A stretch of DNA of 64,000 nt from assembly GCA_963817715.1 (NCBI GenBank), contig CAWFPG010000009.1:117574-181573 (forward strand), given 5' to 3'. The position numbers were made by a program, and so were the translations under genes. Positions 40,516-49,452 of this stretch are shown in pieces; the stretch's first letter is position 1, and the number at the start of each line of letters is the position of its first letter. The DNA is from an uncultured Gemmatimonadales bacterium (lineage in GTDB: Bacteria; Gemmatimonadota; Gemmatimonadetes; Gemmatimonadales; GWC2-71-9). The notes under the pieces are model-generated. The model ran no database searches and was not told where the DNA came from. It saw only the letters and a program-made list of their open reading frames with translations.

Positions 40516-43500
40516 CGCAGCAGGAGCCGCGCCGACCGCCGCGCCTCGGCGCCGGTCAGCAGGTCGCGCACCACCAGCTCGATGCGGTACGCGCCAGCGT
40601 CGAGTCGGTCCACGCCGATCTCGCGCTGGACCTCGTTGAGCCCGGCGCCGAGGCGGCCGCCGAAGGCGACCTCGAAGGCGGGTTCCTCGCGCCGCACGCC
40701 GACCTTGTGGAGCGCCACCGTGGTGCGGACACTGTCGTGCACCGCGCGAGTGCGCACCTGCCAGTACACGGAGACCGGCTCGGTCCGGGAGAACGCCCCG
40801 AGCGGCGCCAGCGCCACGTGGCCGCCGGTGGTGGTGGGCCAGGCGTGCCCCTGCGACGCCGCGCCCAGGACCAGGTCGGAGAGCCGGAACGCGCCGTCGC
40901 CGATCAGGACCAGCGAGTCGGCCCAGGCCCGGCCGCGATGGGCGGTGTCCTGCACTGCCACCAGCGACCAGGCGCTCACGTCGGGGGTCGACGGGATCAC
41001 CACGAAGCTGGTGAGCCACGACTTGTCATCGGGCGTGCCGCGGTAGTGGAGCCGTCGAGTGATCGAGGTGGCGAGCCAGGTCTCGGTGGCACGACTCCAT
41101 TGCCGCAGCGTCAGTTCGAACTCGGCCGAGACGCCGGTGGAGTCGGGGGTGAGGACCAGGTCGCCGGCGCGGAAGGCGTAGGGGATCACCGCCAGCGGGG
41201 CGCCGGTCGCCGGGTCCCACACTCGCGACAGATGCGCCTCGGTCGTGATCGGGTGGCTGACGCGGACAGCGTTGTCGTCGGTGGTGGTGGCGATGGCAAT
41301 GTCCGCCTTGTCCTCGGTGCGGAGCGTCTCGAGACGTTCGGGTGAGATGGGGCTCCATTGAGGGTTTGATGGATCACAGCCGCCTGGGAGGTCCCAACAA
41401 CTCAACCGCATCGTGAGCTGGCACCTCGCATTGTCAATGCTGCAGAGATAGTGGCCCAGGACTCCCGCAACGAGACGGTTGGGCTCCGGGGATCCATCGA
41501 ACGACTCGCCCTCGAAGTTCAGGATGATCCGGCGATCACCATAGTCGTACAACCAGACGGCTCGCGTGTTGTAGCCTCCCCTGGCGTCCTTCCAGAACAC
41601 CGACTTGTCCGGCTTGCCGAACCGCAACCAGACCGCGCCCCGATCATCAAACCAGGGACTCCATGGCCGGAAGAACCGGTACGGCTGGGCAGCGATCGAT
41701 TCCGGCAGGGCCGTGAATCGGATATCGTCCGGGTCCGAAGGCCTCCCGATCGGATCAGCTTCGGGAACCGCTGCCAGCGCCATCCGACCCCGCTGTTTCC
41801 GCGGCATGTCGCGGAGGAAGTGCTCCTCGGCGTAGTCGAGCCGGTTGAAGTGCTTCACCAGCCGGCTGCCGGGGCGTCGGCCGTCGCGGATGTCGCGCCG
41901 CGCCAGCTCGTCGCGCACGAACGGGCCACGGACCGAGTCGGGAATCTCCTGCCACGCTTCCCACTCACCGGGTTCCAGGAACCACCGCAGCTGCCAGCCG
42001 ACCTCGGCCCAGTCGCTGGGCTGGTGGGCGGCGGCCATCGCGGCGTCGAGCAGCGAGGCGACGGTGGCGGTGTCGGCGCTCCGCGAGGCGAGCCGCGCGA
42101 GGTGGAGCAACTGCCAGGTCGAATCGCCCCCGGCCTCGAGTCCGATGATGGTGCAGCGATTCGACGCCGCCAGCTCGCCCATCCGGAGCGAGAGGAGCGC
42201 GCAGCCGCGCACCGCCGCCGGCGCGGTCACCCCGCCAGTCACGGCCCGGGCCAGCGCGTCGCGCACGGCCCTCCCCTCCTTCGGCTCGGCCTGGTCGAGC
42301 GCCACCACCGCGAGCACCTCGGCGGCGCGACTCGACCGGTGATCGAGCTCCAGGGCGCTCAGCAGCGACCGGGTGGCTCCCGTCTGCCAGCTGGTGCCGA
42401 GCGGCATCTGAAGCCCCTCGCGCGCGATCGCCCCGTCGAGGTCGAGCAGCGCCCGGGTGCAGCCGAGGTCGAGCCAATCGCTGGCCAATGCGCCAGCCTT
42501 GGCGTCGCGGGCGGCGAGGACCCGTTCCTCGGCGAGCAGCGACGTCCGGTCGAGCCCGCTCCGGTCGGGACATCCGGCGGCGAGCGCGTCGTGCAGGTGC
42601 GAGATGTCGGTGAGTGAATCGGGTGGTGCGAGGGTGGCGCGCGGGATCGTGAAGACCAGCGGCCGGGTCATGCCGGTGCCAGTCGGCGGTGACCGGCTCG
42701 AGACGCCGCCGGGCTGGGCGGAGAGCAACCGACCATCTCGCTCGTCGATCCCCATCGCGCGCCCGGTCCGGTCGCTCTGGATCGGGGCGAAGATCCGCCA
42801 GGTCATCGGAAGCCAGAGTCCCGACGGCAGCGGTGCAAAAGTCAACTCCCCGCCCGCCACACCATTGCGGAGATGATCGGGGAGATTCCGGTGTTCGAAG
42901 GTGAGTCGCTTGAGCGCCAGCGTCTTCGGATCAAGGAGCATTGTGCCGGCGATGTCGACCAGCTTCCCCTTCTTCGCCGGCTCGAAGACCAGCCTGATGC
43001 CCGTCGAGTCCTGGGGACCCGTGGCGAGATGAAAGCAGTGCGACTGCAGGAACCAGTCGGCCGAAAGGACACTCACGTCGGGGCCGTACCAGACGCGGCC
43101 CTGCTGGAAGTTGACCAGTCCCTCGGCCATGAAGCCGACCCGACGGAGCGAGTCGGGGTCGACCGCCTGAATCGGCCAGGCGACCATGGCGCCGCGGGTG
43201 GTGTCGGCGGTGATGATCGAGTCGCCGCGGCCGGCAAGCGCGGTGCGATGCACCGCCTCGATCCGGAAGCCGCCGCTGCCTTCGAGGGTGGCGGCCATCA
43301 CGTCGAGTGAGGTCCGCGCGCCGTCGAGGAGCCTGGTGAGCACCGACGACTCACCGCCGAGCGACCCGCACTTCCCGGCGTCGCCGAGCACCTGGAGGTC
43401 GCGCAGGGTCACGACAGCCGGCTGCATGGCGACATCGACCAGGCGAACATCACCCTGCACGTCGAAGAGCGGCAGTTGTTGCGGGGAGTAGCCGATCGCG

Positions 43501-43724
43501 GCGACCCGGAGCGTGTACCGGCCGATGGCAGGGGCCTGGATGACAAAGGCGCCCGACGGCGTGGTGACCGTGCGGGCGCTGAATCCGGTCGAGGGCTGCC
43601 GGAGTTCCACCAGCGCCCGGGAGAGCGGATGATGATCATCGCCGCCGACCACGCGGCCACGAACCTGCTGTCCCGGCAGGAGTCCGGGCAGGCTCAGGGC
43701 CAACAGCAGGGTCGCCACACGCAT
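40512..43724 (-). CDS. CarboxypepD_reg-like N-terminal module fused to GWxTD-like domain protein (paralog A), 1070 aa
   Basis: ATG 43724 (MRVATLLLALSLPGLLPGQQ, a signal peptide), then VRGRVVGGDDHHPLSRALVELRQ..GRYTLRVAAIGY. From about residue 400 it is colinear with paralog B (..WSPWFDDRGAVWLRFGKPDK...RSARLLLR). Confidence 0.7.
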   Translation of the reverse strand: MRVATLLLALSLPGLLPGQQVRGRVVGGDDHHPLSRALVELRQPSTGFSARTVTTPSGAFVIQAPAIGRYTLRVAAIGYSPQQLPLFDVQGDVRLVDVAMQPAVVTLRDLQVLGDAGKCGSLGGESSVLTRLLDGARTSLDVMAATLEGSGGFRIEAVHRTALAGRGDSIITADTTRGAMVAWPIQAVDPDSLRRVGFMAEGLVNFQQGRVWYGPDVSVLSADWFLQSHCFHLATGPQDSTGIRLVFEPAKKGKLVDIAGTMLLDPKTLALKRLTFEHRNLPDHLRNGVAGGELTFAPLPSGLWLPMTWRIFAPIQSDRTGRAMGIDERDGRLLSAQPGGVSSRSPPTGTGMTRPLVFTIPRATLAPPDSLTDISHLHDALAAGCPDRSGLDRTSLLAEERVLAARDAKAGALASDWLDLGCTRALLDLDGAIAREGLQMPLGTSWQTGATRSLLSALELDHRSSRAAEVLAVVALDQAEPKEGRAVRDALARAVTGGVTAPAAVRGCALLSLRMGELAASNRCTIIGLEAGGDSTWQLLHLARLASRSADTATVASLLDAAMAAAHQPSDWAEVGWQLRWFLEPGEWEAWQEIPDSVRGPFVRDELARRDIRDGRRPGSRLVKHFNRLDYAEEHFLRDMPRKQRGRMALAAVPEADPIGRPSDPDDIRFTALPESIAAQPYRFFRPWSPWFDDRGAVWLRFGKPDKSVFWKDARGGYNTRAVWLYDYGDRRIILNFEGESFDGSPEPNRLVAGVLGHYLCSIDNARCQLTMRLSCWDLPGGCDPSNPQWSPISPERLETLRTEDKADIAIATTTDDNAVRVSHPITTEAHLSRVWDPATGAPLAVIPYAFRAGDLVLTPDSTGVSAEFELTLRQWSRATETWLATSITRRLHYRGTPDDKSWLTSFVVIPSTPDVSAWSLVAVQDTAHRGRAWADSLVLIGDGAFRLSDLVLGAASQGHAWPTTTGGHVALAPLGAFSRTEPVSVYWQVRTRAVHDSVRTTVALHKVGVRREEPAFEVAFGGRLGAGLNEVQREIGVDRLDAGAYRIELVVRDLLTGAEARRSARLLLR

Positions 43725-43999
43725 GGGGCCTCCGCAGGGGGCGGAGCGGGGGTGGTCGCGAGGTCCGGATTGGCGAAGAAGGTGCCGGCCATGGCTCGGC
43801 CGACACCGGGGTGACGCCGCCGCCCCGGACAGGCACACACCTGATCCTCGGGCCGATCGGCCCGAACCGCAACTGCCCGAGCCCACCGGTTCCCGACCCG
43901 ACCGCCAGGCAGGGCACCAGCAACGGGACCGTTCCCCCGCCCCCTCGCGCGATGACCGGTTCGGCAGTTGATTGCGAGCATCCCTTTCCCAGCAGAGCC

Positions 44000-45535
44000 A
44001 TGCAGCGACGCGACTTCCTGGAACTGACCCGGAACGCGGCCCTGGCGGCCACGATCCCCACCATCTGGCGGGTGCGGCACCGCCCTCACTTCGCCGATGA
44101 CCCCTTCACCCTCGGCATCGCCTCGGGCGACCCGACGCCCGAATCGGTGATGCTCTGGACCCGGCTCGCCCCGAAGCCGCTGGAGCCCGGCTACGGCATG
44201 GACCGGGTGAGGACGGCGGTGAGCTGGGAGGTGGCCCACGACGAGAGGTTCAGCAACGTGGTGCAGCAGGGGCGCGCCACAGCGGCCCCCGAGCTGGGCC
44301 ATGCCGTCCACGCCGACGTGCAGGGGCTCGAGCCAGATCGCTGGTACTTCTACAGGTTCCACAGCGGCGACGCCGTGAGCGCGGTGGGTCGCGCCCGCAC
44401 CGCCCCGGCGCTCGACGCCGAGTCGCCGCTCCGGTTCGCGGTGGCCAGCTGCCAGTACTACGAGTCGGGCTACTACACGGCCTACCAGCACATGGCCGAG
44501 GAGGAGCTCGACCTGATCACTCACCTGGGCGACTACATCTACGAGTACAGCGCCCACGACGGCGACGTGCGCCGCCATGCCAACAACGAGGTGATCACCC
44601 TGGAGGACTACCGGATCCGCTACGCGCAGTACAAGAGCGACCGGCACCTGCAGGCAGCCCACGCCCGCTGTCCCTGGCTGGTCACCTGGGACGATCACGA
44701 GGTCGACAACAACTACGCCGGCCTGATCGGCGAGAACGGGATGGAGTCGGAGGAGCAGATGCGGGCCCGCCGCGCCGCGGCGTATCAGGCGTGGTGGGAA
44801 CACCAGCCGGTGCGCGTCGACCGGGCGATCTCGTGGAGCGACCTGTCGATCACCCGGAACGTCCCCTGGGGTGGCCTGGCCGACTTCTGGATGCTCGACA
44901 CCCGCCAGTTCCGCTCCGACCAGGCCTGCGGCGACGGCAGCAAGGTGGTGCCCTGCGGCGACTGGAACGCCGCCGACCGCACCATGCTCGGCGATGTGCA
45001 GGAGCGCTGGCTGGTGAACGGACTCGGCAACAGCCGGGCCCACTGGCAGGTGCTCGCCAACCAGGTGATGATGGCGCCGTTCGATTCGAAGCCCGGCGAC
45101 GAGCAGCAGCTCTCGATGGACCAGTGGAGCGGCTACCCGGTGGCCCGCGACCGGCTGCTCGGCGCCATCGCCCAGCGCGCACCCAATCGCACCGTGGTGG
45201 TGACCGGCGACATCCACAGCAACTGGGTCAACGAGCTCTGGTCGAGCTTCAACCGCTTCGAGGCGCCGGTGGTGGCGGCTGAGTTCGTGGGCACCAGCAT
45301 CACCTCCGGCGGCGACGGCGCCGACGATTCGGCCACGGTGGAGGCGAACCGCGCCGAGAATCCCCACGTCAAGTGGTTCAACGGACGACGGGGCTACATC
45401 CGCTGCGAGGTGACGCCCGACGCGTGGCGGGCCGACTACCGCACGGTGCCCTACGTGACGCGGCCCGACGCGCCGATCGCCACCGCCAGCAGCTGGCGGG
45501 TGGAGAACGGGGTGGCGGGGATCACGCGGGTGTAG
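44000..45535 (+). CDS. phoD: alkaline phosphatase D family protein with Tat signal
   Basis: 511 aa from ATG 44000. MQRRDFLELTRNAALAA is a twin-arginine signal. PhoD motifs present: FTLGIASGDP, WDDHEVDNNY, VVVTGDIHSNW. Confidence 0.88.
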   Translation: MQRRDFLELTRNAALAATIPTIWRVRHRPHFADDPFTLGIASGDPTPESVMLWTRLAPKPLEPGYGMDRVRTAVSWEVAHDERFSNVVQQGRATAAPELGHAVHADVQGLEPDRWYFYRFHSGDAVSAVGRARTAPALDAESPLRFAVASCQYYESGYYTAYQHMAEEELDLITHLGDYIYEYSAHDGDVRRHANNEVITLEDYRIRYAQYKSDRHLQAAHARCPWLVTWDDHEVDNNYAGLIGENGMESEEQMRARRAAAYQAWWEHQPVRVDRAISWSDLSITRNVPWGGLADFWMLDTRQFRSDQACGDGSKVVPCGDWNAADRTMLGDVQERWLVNGLGNSRAHWQVLANQVMMAPFDSKPGDEQQLSMDQWSGYPVARDRLLGAIAQRAPNRTVVVTGDIHSNWVNELWSSFNRFEAPVVAAEFVGTSITSGGDGADDSATVEANRAENPHVKWFNGRRGYIRCEVTPDAWRADYRTVPYVTRPDAPIATASSWRVENGVAGITRV

Positions 45536-45625
45536 GAGAACGGAGAACGGAGAACGGAGGGCGGAGAACGGAGAACGGAGAACGGAGGGCGGAGAACGGA
45601 GAACGGAGAACAGAGAACGGAGGGG
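45535..45625. repeat. direct tandem heptamer array, 13 units (GGAGAAC; every 4th unit GGAGGGC)
   Basis: Starts on the G of the phoD TAG stop. The pattern (ggagaac x3 + ggagggc) gives a 28-nt super-period. No inverted partner is seen. Confidence 0.92.
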
Positions 45626-45666
45626 ATTCGACTGGCGGCCCTCCGGCGCATGCAGTAGGCTCGGGA

Positions 45667-46815
45667 ATGCGCCATCCGGCCACCATCCTCGTCCTCGGGT
45701 TCTCCGTCGCCTGCACCGGGCCCTCGAATGCAGGCACGGGCGAGGGACGCTGGCCGGCAGTGGCTGAATGGACCATGCTGGATCTCGCCCACCCCGACAA
45801 CTACGCCCACCCCGATCTTCCGGCCCCATACCGGGACCCCGCCGTCGAGGCGATCGACAACGCCCGCAACCACCCCATCACCGACGCCGGCGCCACCCTC
45901 GGCCGGGTGCTCTTCTTCGACAGCCACCTGAGCGTCGATGACCGGACGGCCTGCGCCTCGTGTCACCTGCCGGCGTGGGGGTTCACCGACACCGCAGCCT
46001 TCAGCACCGGGCACGCCGGGGCCCGACTCACTCGCCGCACCATGCGGCTCGCCAATGCACGGTGGTACGCTGGCCCCGGCTTCTTCTGGGACCGACGCGC
46101 CCCGACGCTCGAGGCGCAGGCCACGATGCCGATCGTCCATCCCGACGAGATGGGGTGGGATGCGGATCATGGCGGGCTCGATGCCCTGGTCACGAAGCTC
46201 GCTGCCCTGCCCTACTACCCCGAGCTCTTCGCCTGGGCGTGGGGCGACCGCGAGATCACCGTTGGGCGCGTGCAGCGCTCGCTGGCGATGTACGTGCGGA
46301 GCATCGTCGCAGTGCGGAGTCGCTGGGACGCGGGCTACGCGCAGGTCTACGACCCCACCCTGCCCGATCGGGGGCTGTCGCGCGACGTGCCGGGACTCAC
46401 CACCCAGGAAAACCTCGGTCGCTCGCTCTTCATGCGGACCCACGCAGAGGGCGGCTTCGGCTGCGCCTCCTGCCACGTGCCCCCAACCTTCTCGCTCGAC
46501 GCGACGGCGAAGAGCAACGGGATCACCCAGCACGAGACGGTGGTCTTCAAGGCTCCGTCGCTCAAGAACGTGGCCCTCACCGGTCCCTACATGCACAACG
46601 GCCGCTTCCCCCGACTCGCGTTGGCAGTGGCCTTCTACGGTGGCTTCTTCAACGACGGCCCGGCGCTCGACGACCGGCTGCGGGGCCCGGGTGGCAGCCA
46701 GCTGCACACCCCGATGAGCGGCGAGCAACGCGAGGCACTCACTGCCTTCCTGCGGACCCTGACCGACACCACCCTGCGCCACGATCCGCGCTTCGACACG
46801 CCATTCCGCCGCTGA
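45667..46815 (+). CDS. di-haem cytochrome c peroxidase (CCP/MauG family)
   Basis: 382 aa from ATG 45667. MRHPATILVLGFSVACTG is a signal peptide or lipobox. Two CxxCH motifs: CASCHLP and CASCHVP. Confidence 0.85.
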   Translation: MRHPATILVLGFSVACTGPSNAGTGEGRWPAVAEWTMLDLAHPDNYAHPDLPAPYRDPAVEAIDNARNHPITDAGATLGRVLFFDSHLSVDDRTACASCHLPAWGFTDTAAFSTGHAGARLTRRTMRLANARWYAGPGFFWDRRAPTLEAQATMPIVHPDEMGWDADHGGLDALVTKLAALPYYPELFAWAWGDREITVGRVQRSLAMYVRSIVAVRSRWDAGYAQVYDPTLPDRGLSRDVPGLTTQENLGRSLFMRTHAEGGFGCASCHVPPTFSLDATAKSNGITQHETVVFKAPSLKNVALTGPYMHNGRFPRLALAVAFYGGFFNDGPALDDRLRGPGGSQLHTPMSGEQREALTAFLRTLTDTTLRHDPRFDTPFRR

Positions 46816-46824
46816 CGCGACGAC

Positions 46825-46847
46825 GCCCGGCGGGCAATCCGCCGGGC
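46825..46847. terminator. bidirectional stem-loop between convergent genes
   Basis: gcccggcgg-gcaat-ccgccgggc: a perfect 9-bp stem with no U-tract. Confidence 0.45.
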
Positions 46848-46875
46848 GCCTCGCCCTCCCGTCATCGCGCCAGGC

Positions 46876-48420
46876 TCAGTGCCAGAGCTGGAGTCCGTTG
46901 ATGTCGATGAACCGATCGTTGGGTCCGGTCACGTCGATGTACATCGTGCCGCCCGGCACCGTTCCCCAGAAGCAGGATGGTGCAGTGTCGACGTGGTCCA
47001 CCCCGAGCGAGGCGAGCGCGCCATCGCGATAGGTGAGGTCCATCGTGTGCGAGGCATCGAGGGTGGTGTTCAGTACACACACCGCCACGCCACTCACACT
47101 GTACGGCTGGCTGTTCACGCTGATCCCCAACTGGATCCGCCAGCCGGAGTTGGCACCTGACCCCAGTCGGAATGGGCTGGTGCCATAGAAGGTCTGGGCG
47201 CCGATGGTGCTCAGGTCGACGGTCCCCACCGGGGTCGCACCGTCGAGCAGCGGGCGGGTGTAGGTGCCCGCCGGCACCGCACCAGCGCTCCCCTGGAAGT
47301 TCGTGAGGTCGATGCCGACCGTTGTCGGCAGTCCACCACCGGTCGAGGTGCAGCTGAAGTCCGCACTCTCGGTGCCGCCGGGGGCGAGCGTCACCGGGAT
47401 GCTGGCGGGTGTGCAACTGAAGCCCGAGGGATCGGTGATGGTGAAGGTGTAGCTGCCGGCCGCCAGCCCGGTGACCGGCACCGGGGTGCTCCCGGCGCTC
47501 ACCATGCCGCTCGACGGACCAGTGTAGCTCACGTCAGCGGTCGCACCACTCACCGTCACGTTGACCGTGCCCGGCTGCGGGGTGCAGGCGAAGGTGACCG
47601 ACGCCGTCTGGCCGGCGCTCACCGTGGCCGACTGGGTGCTCGGACAGGTATAGCCGTCGGGCGCGGTGAGCGACAGGAGGTAGTCGCCCGGCATCACGCT
47701 CACCGTCACCGGCGTCTCGCCGGCCTGGACGCTGCCGTTCTCCGGACCGCTGTAGCCCACGGTGTGGGTCATCCCGGTGCCGGTCACCGCCACCAACAGG
47801 CCGCCCAGGTCCGACTGGCAATCGATCATCTGGGTGAAGGTGCCGCCAGCCGCCAGATCGAACGCACCATCGGTGGGCATGCAGGTGAAGCCGGTGGTGC
47901 TCCCGAGCGACCAGGTCCAGTGTCCCGGATGCACGTTCATGAAGGTCGCGCCGCTGCTGGTGAGTGATCCGTTCAGCGTGGTGCCGTCCATCAGGGAGAG
48001 CCCGAACGAGGTGCTTCCGGTGATCCCGGTCGACGTGAAGCTCACTGTCCCCGGGGTCTCCATGCACAGGAAGGCGACCTCGGCGTCGGTGTTGCTCGCG
48101 TCGTAGGAGAGATCCTGCGAAGTCTTGTCGCAGACGAAGCCCATCGGCACCGCGATCGACACGGTGTAGGTACCGCCCAGCAATGGCGCGAAGCGATACC
48201 CACTGAGGTCGACGACATGGGTTCCCAGCAGTCCCACCTCGCCGTTCAGCGTGACGGGCGCCCCGCCGGGGATACCATTGACGACGACATGGATGCCGCC
48301 GGTGAAGCCCGAGTCGGAGTAGGTGAAGAAGTCGGAGTCCTTGCGGCTGCAGGACACCGTCCCGGCCAGGAGCAGGACCCCGAGGAGGGTGCGGATCGGT
48401 CGCAGGATGAATCGTGGCAT
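46876..48420 (-). CDS. secreted/lipoprotein with tandem Cys-pair Ig-like repeats, 514 aa
   Basis: ATG 48420 (MPRFILRPIRTLLGVLLLAGTVSC). At least 4 repeats follow the pattern G.Y...(L/I)..P.G(F/Y).C......(20-22 aa)..F.C. The longer upstream part of the ORF (to 49002) overlaps the OMP gene. Confidence 0.7.
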   Translation of the reverse strand: MPRFILRPIRTLLGVLLLAGTVSCSRKDSDFFTYSDSGFTGGIHVVVNGIPGGAPVTLNGEVGLLGTHVVDLSGYRFAPLLGGTYTVSIAVPMGFVCDKTSQDLSYDASNTDAEVAFLCMETPGTVSFTSTGITGSTSFGLSLMDGTTLNGSLTSSGATFMNVHPGHWTWSLGSTTGFTCMPTDGAFDLAAGGTFTQMIDCQSDLGGLLVAVTGTGMTHTVGYSGPENGSVQAGETPVTVSVMPGDYLLSLTAPDGYTCPSTQSATVSAGQTASVTFACTPQPGTVNVTVSGATADVSYTGPSSGMVSAGSTPVPVTGLAAGSYTFTITDPSGFSCTPASIPVTLAPGGTESADFSCTSTGGGLPTTVGIDLTNFQGSAGAVPAGTYTRPLLDGATPVGTVDLSTIGAQTFYGTSPFRLGSGANSGWRIQLGISVNSQPYSVSGVAVCVLNTTLDASHTMDLTYRDGALASLGVDHVDTAPSCFWGTVPGGTMYIDVTGPNDRFIDINGLQLWH

Positions 48421-48433
48421 GATGTCTCCGCTC

Positions 48434-49417
48434 CTAGAGGGTCCGGGTGAGGCCGAAGGCGAACCAGTAGCCGGAATCGGCATCCCGCGAACTGCCCGAG
48501 TCATAGCTGGCACTGGCGCGCGCCCCCCAGTTGCCGCCGATGCGGAGGTCGAGACCACCTCCCCCGCCGAACCGGAATCCGGTCTGGTGGCGCGTGTCGA
48601 GGAGATCCTGCAACATCCGGATTTCGCTCTTGTTGAAGTACAGCGACTCGCGCAGCTGCACGTACGGCACCACCGGCCCGTCGAGCACGTCGTAGCGCAC
48701 GTAGGAGCCAACCGCATGCACCGACACATCGTGCAGGATCGACGAGCTGCCGGAGCCCTGGGTGACCGAGTAGGAGCCATGGTGATAGCCAAGGCCGAGT
48801 CGCAGTCGTGGACCGAGATGCCATTCGGCAAATGCGCCGAAGCTGGCGCCCTTGTCGTCGACCGTGCAGCCACTGAGACCGGGGATCGCCTGCCTGTCGC
48901 AGGCGACATCGCTGAGGCGGGTGAAGTTGGTCCGGCCGTACTCCACGCCGATGGTGAGCTGGGGCGCCCACCAGTTGGAGGTGGCCGCGTCAAGCATCCC
49001 ACCGGTGCTGTTGATCCCCAGGGTGGCCGTTCGACCAGCCACCACCGTGCCGAGGATCACGCAACGCTCGGTGTCCTGCTGGGTCGCCTGCCCGGGTTCC
49101 TGCCGCGACGCGTCGCACAATCGGTCCGACTCGCCATCACCCAGCAACAGGATGGTGTTGTTCCCTGTGGCGGTCTGGTGCATCGCCACCTGATACCTGG
49201 TGCCCTTCACCGCGTTGATCGCCGAGAAGTCGAGCGCCAGCGGGCGGCCAGCGGCGACGGTACCGACCGGCTGTCGGCTGCCGTTGTTCACGGTCGCCAC
49301 CGTCGCGCTGTTGACACCGCTGAGCGAGATGGTGAGGACCCGGGCCTGACCGCTGGCGGCCACCGGCACCAGGGCCAGCAGCAGGGCACCACTGGCGAGG
49401 GCTGGCAGGATGCGCAT
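48434..49417 (-). CDS. outer-membrane beta-barrel domain protein, 327 aa
   Basis: ATG 49417 (MRILPALASGALLLALVPVAASGQ, a signal peptide). The C-terminal half has alternating aromatic/Gly beta-strand pattern (..RFGGGGGLDLRIGGNWGARASASYD..GYWFAFGLTRTL). Confidence 0.65.
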   Translation of the reverse strand: MRILPALASGALLLALVPVAASGQARVLTISLSGVNSATVATVNNGSRQPVGTVAAGRPLALDFSAINAVKGTRYQVAMHQTATGNNTILLLGDGESDRLCDASRQEPGQATQQDTERCVILGTVVAGRTATLGINSTGGMLDAATSNWWAPQLTIGVEYGRTNFTRLSDVACDRQAIPGLSGCTVDDKGASFGAFAEWHLGPRLRLGLGYHHGSYSVTQGSGSSSILHDVSVHAVGSYVRYDVLDGPVVPYVQLRESLYFNKSEIRMLQDLLDTRHQTGFRFGGGGGLDLRIGGNWGARASASYDSGSSRDADSGYWFAFGLTRTL

Positions 49418-49452
49418 CGAAGACCTCCTCCCGGGCAACACGGGCCGGGAAC

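Noticed and set aside
40516-43886. Upstream extensions of ORFs 38296..41019 and 40512..43886 (MAHQLRGDPVD..., MGSGSCGSGRS...).
   Set aside because: The extensions overlap the neighbouring gene or the divergent promoter region and are Arg/Pro-rich. Good signal peptides begin at the internal ATGs 40515 and 43724.
45535-45625. Heptamer arrays considered as possible CRISPR arrays.
   Set aside because: Units are 7 nt and directly abutting, with no unique spacers. No cas genes are in the window.
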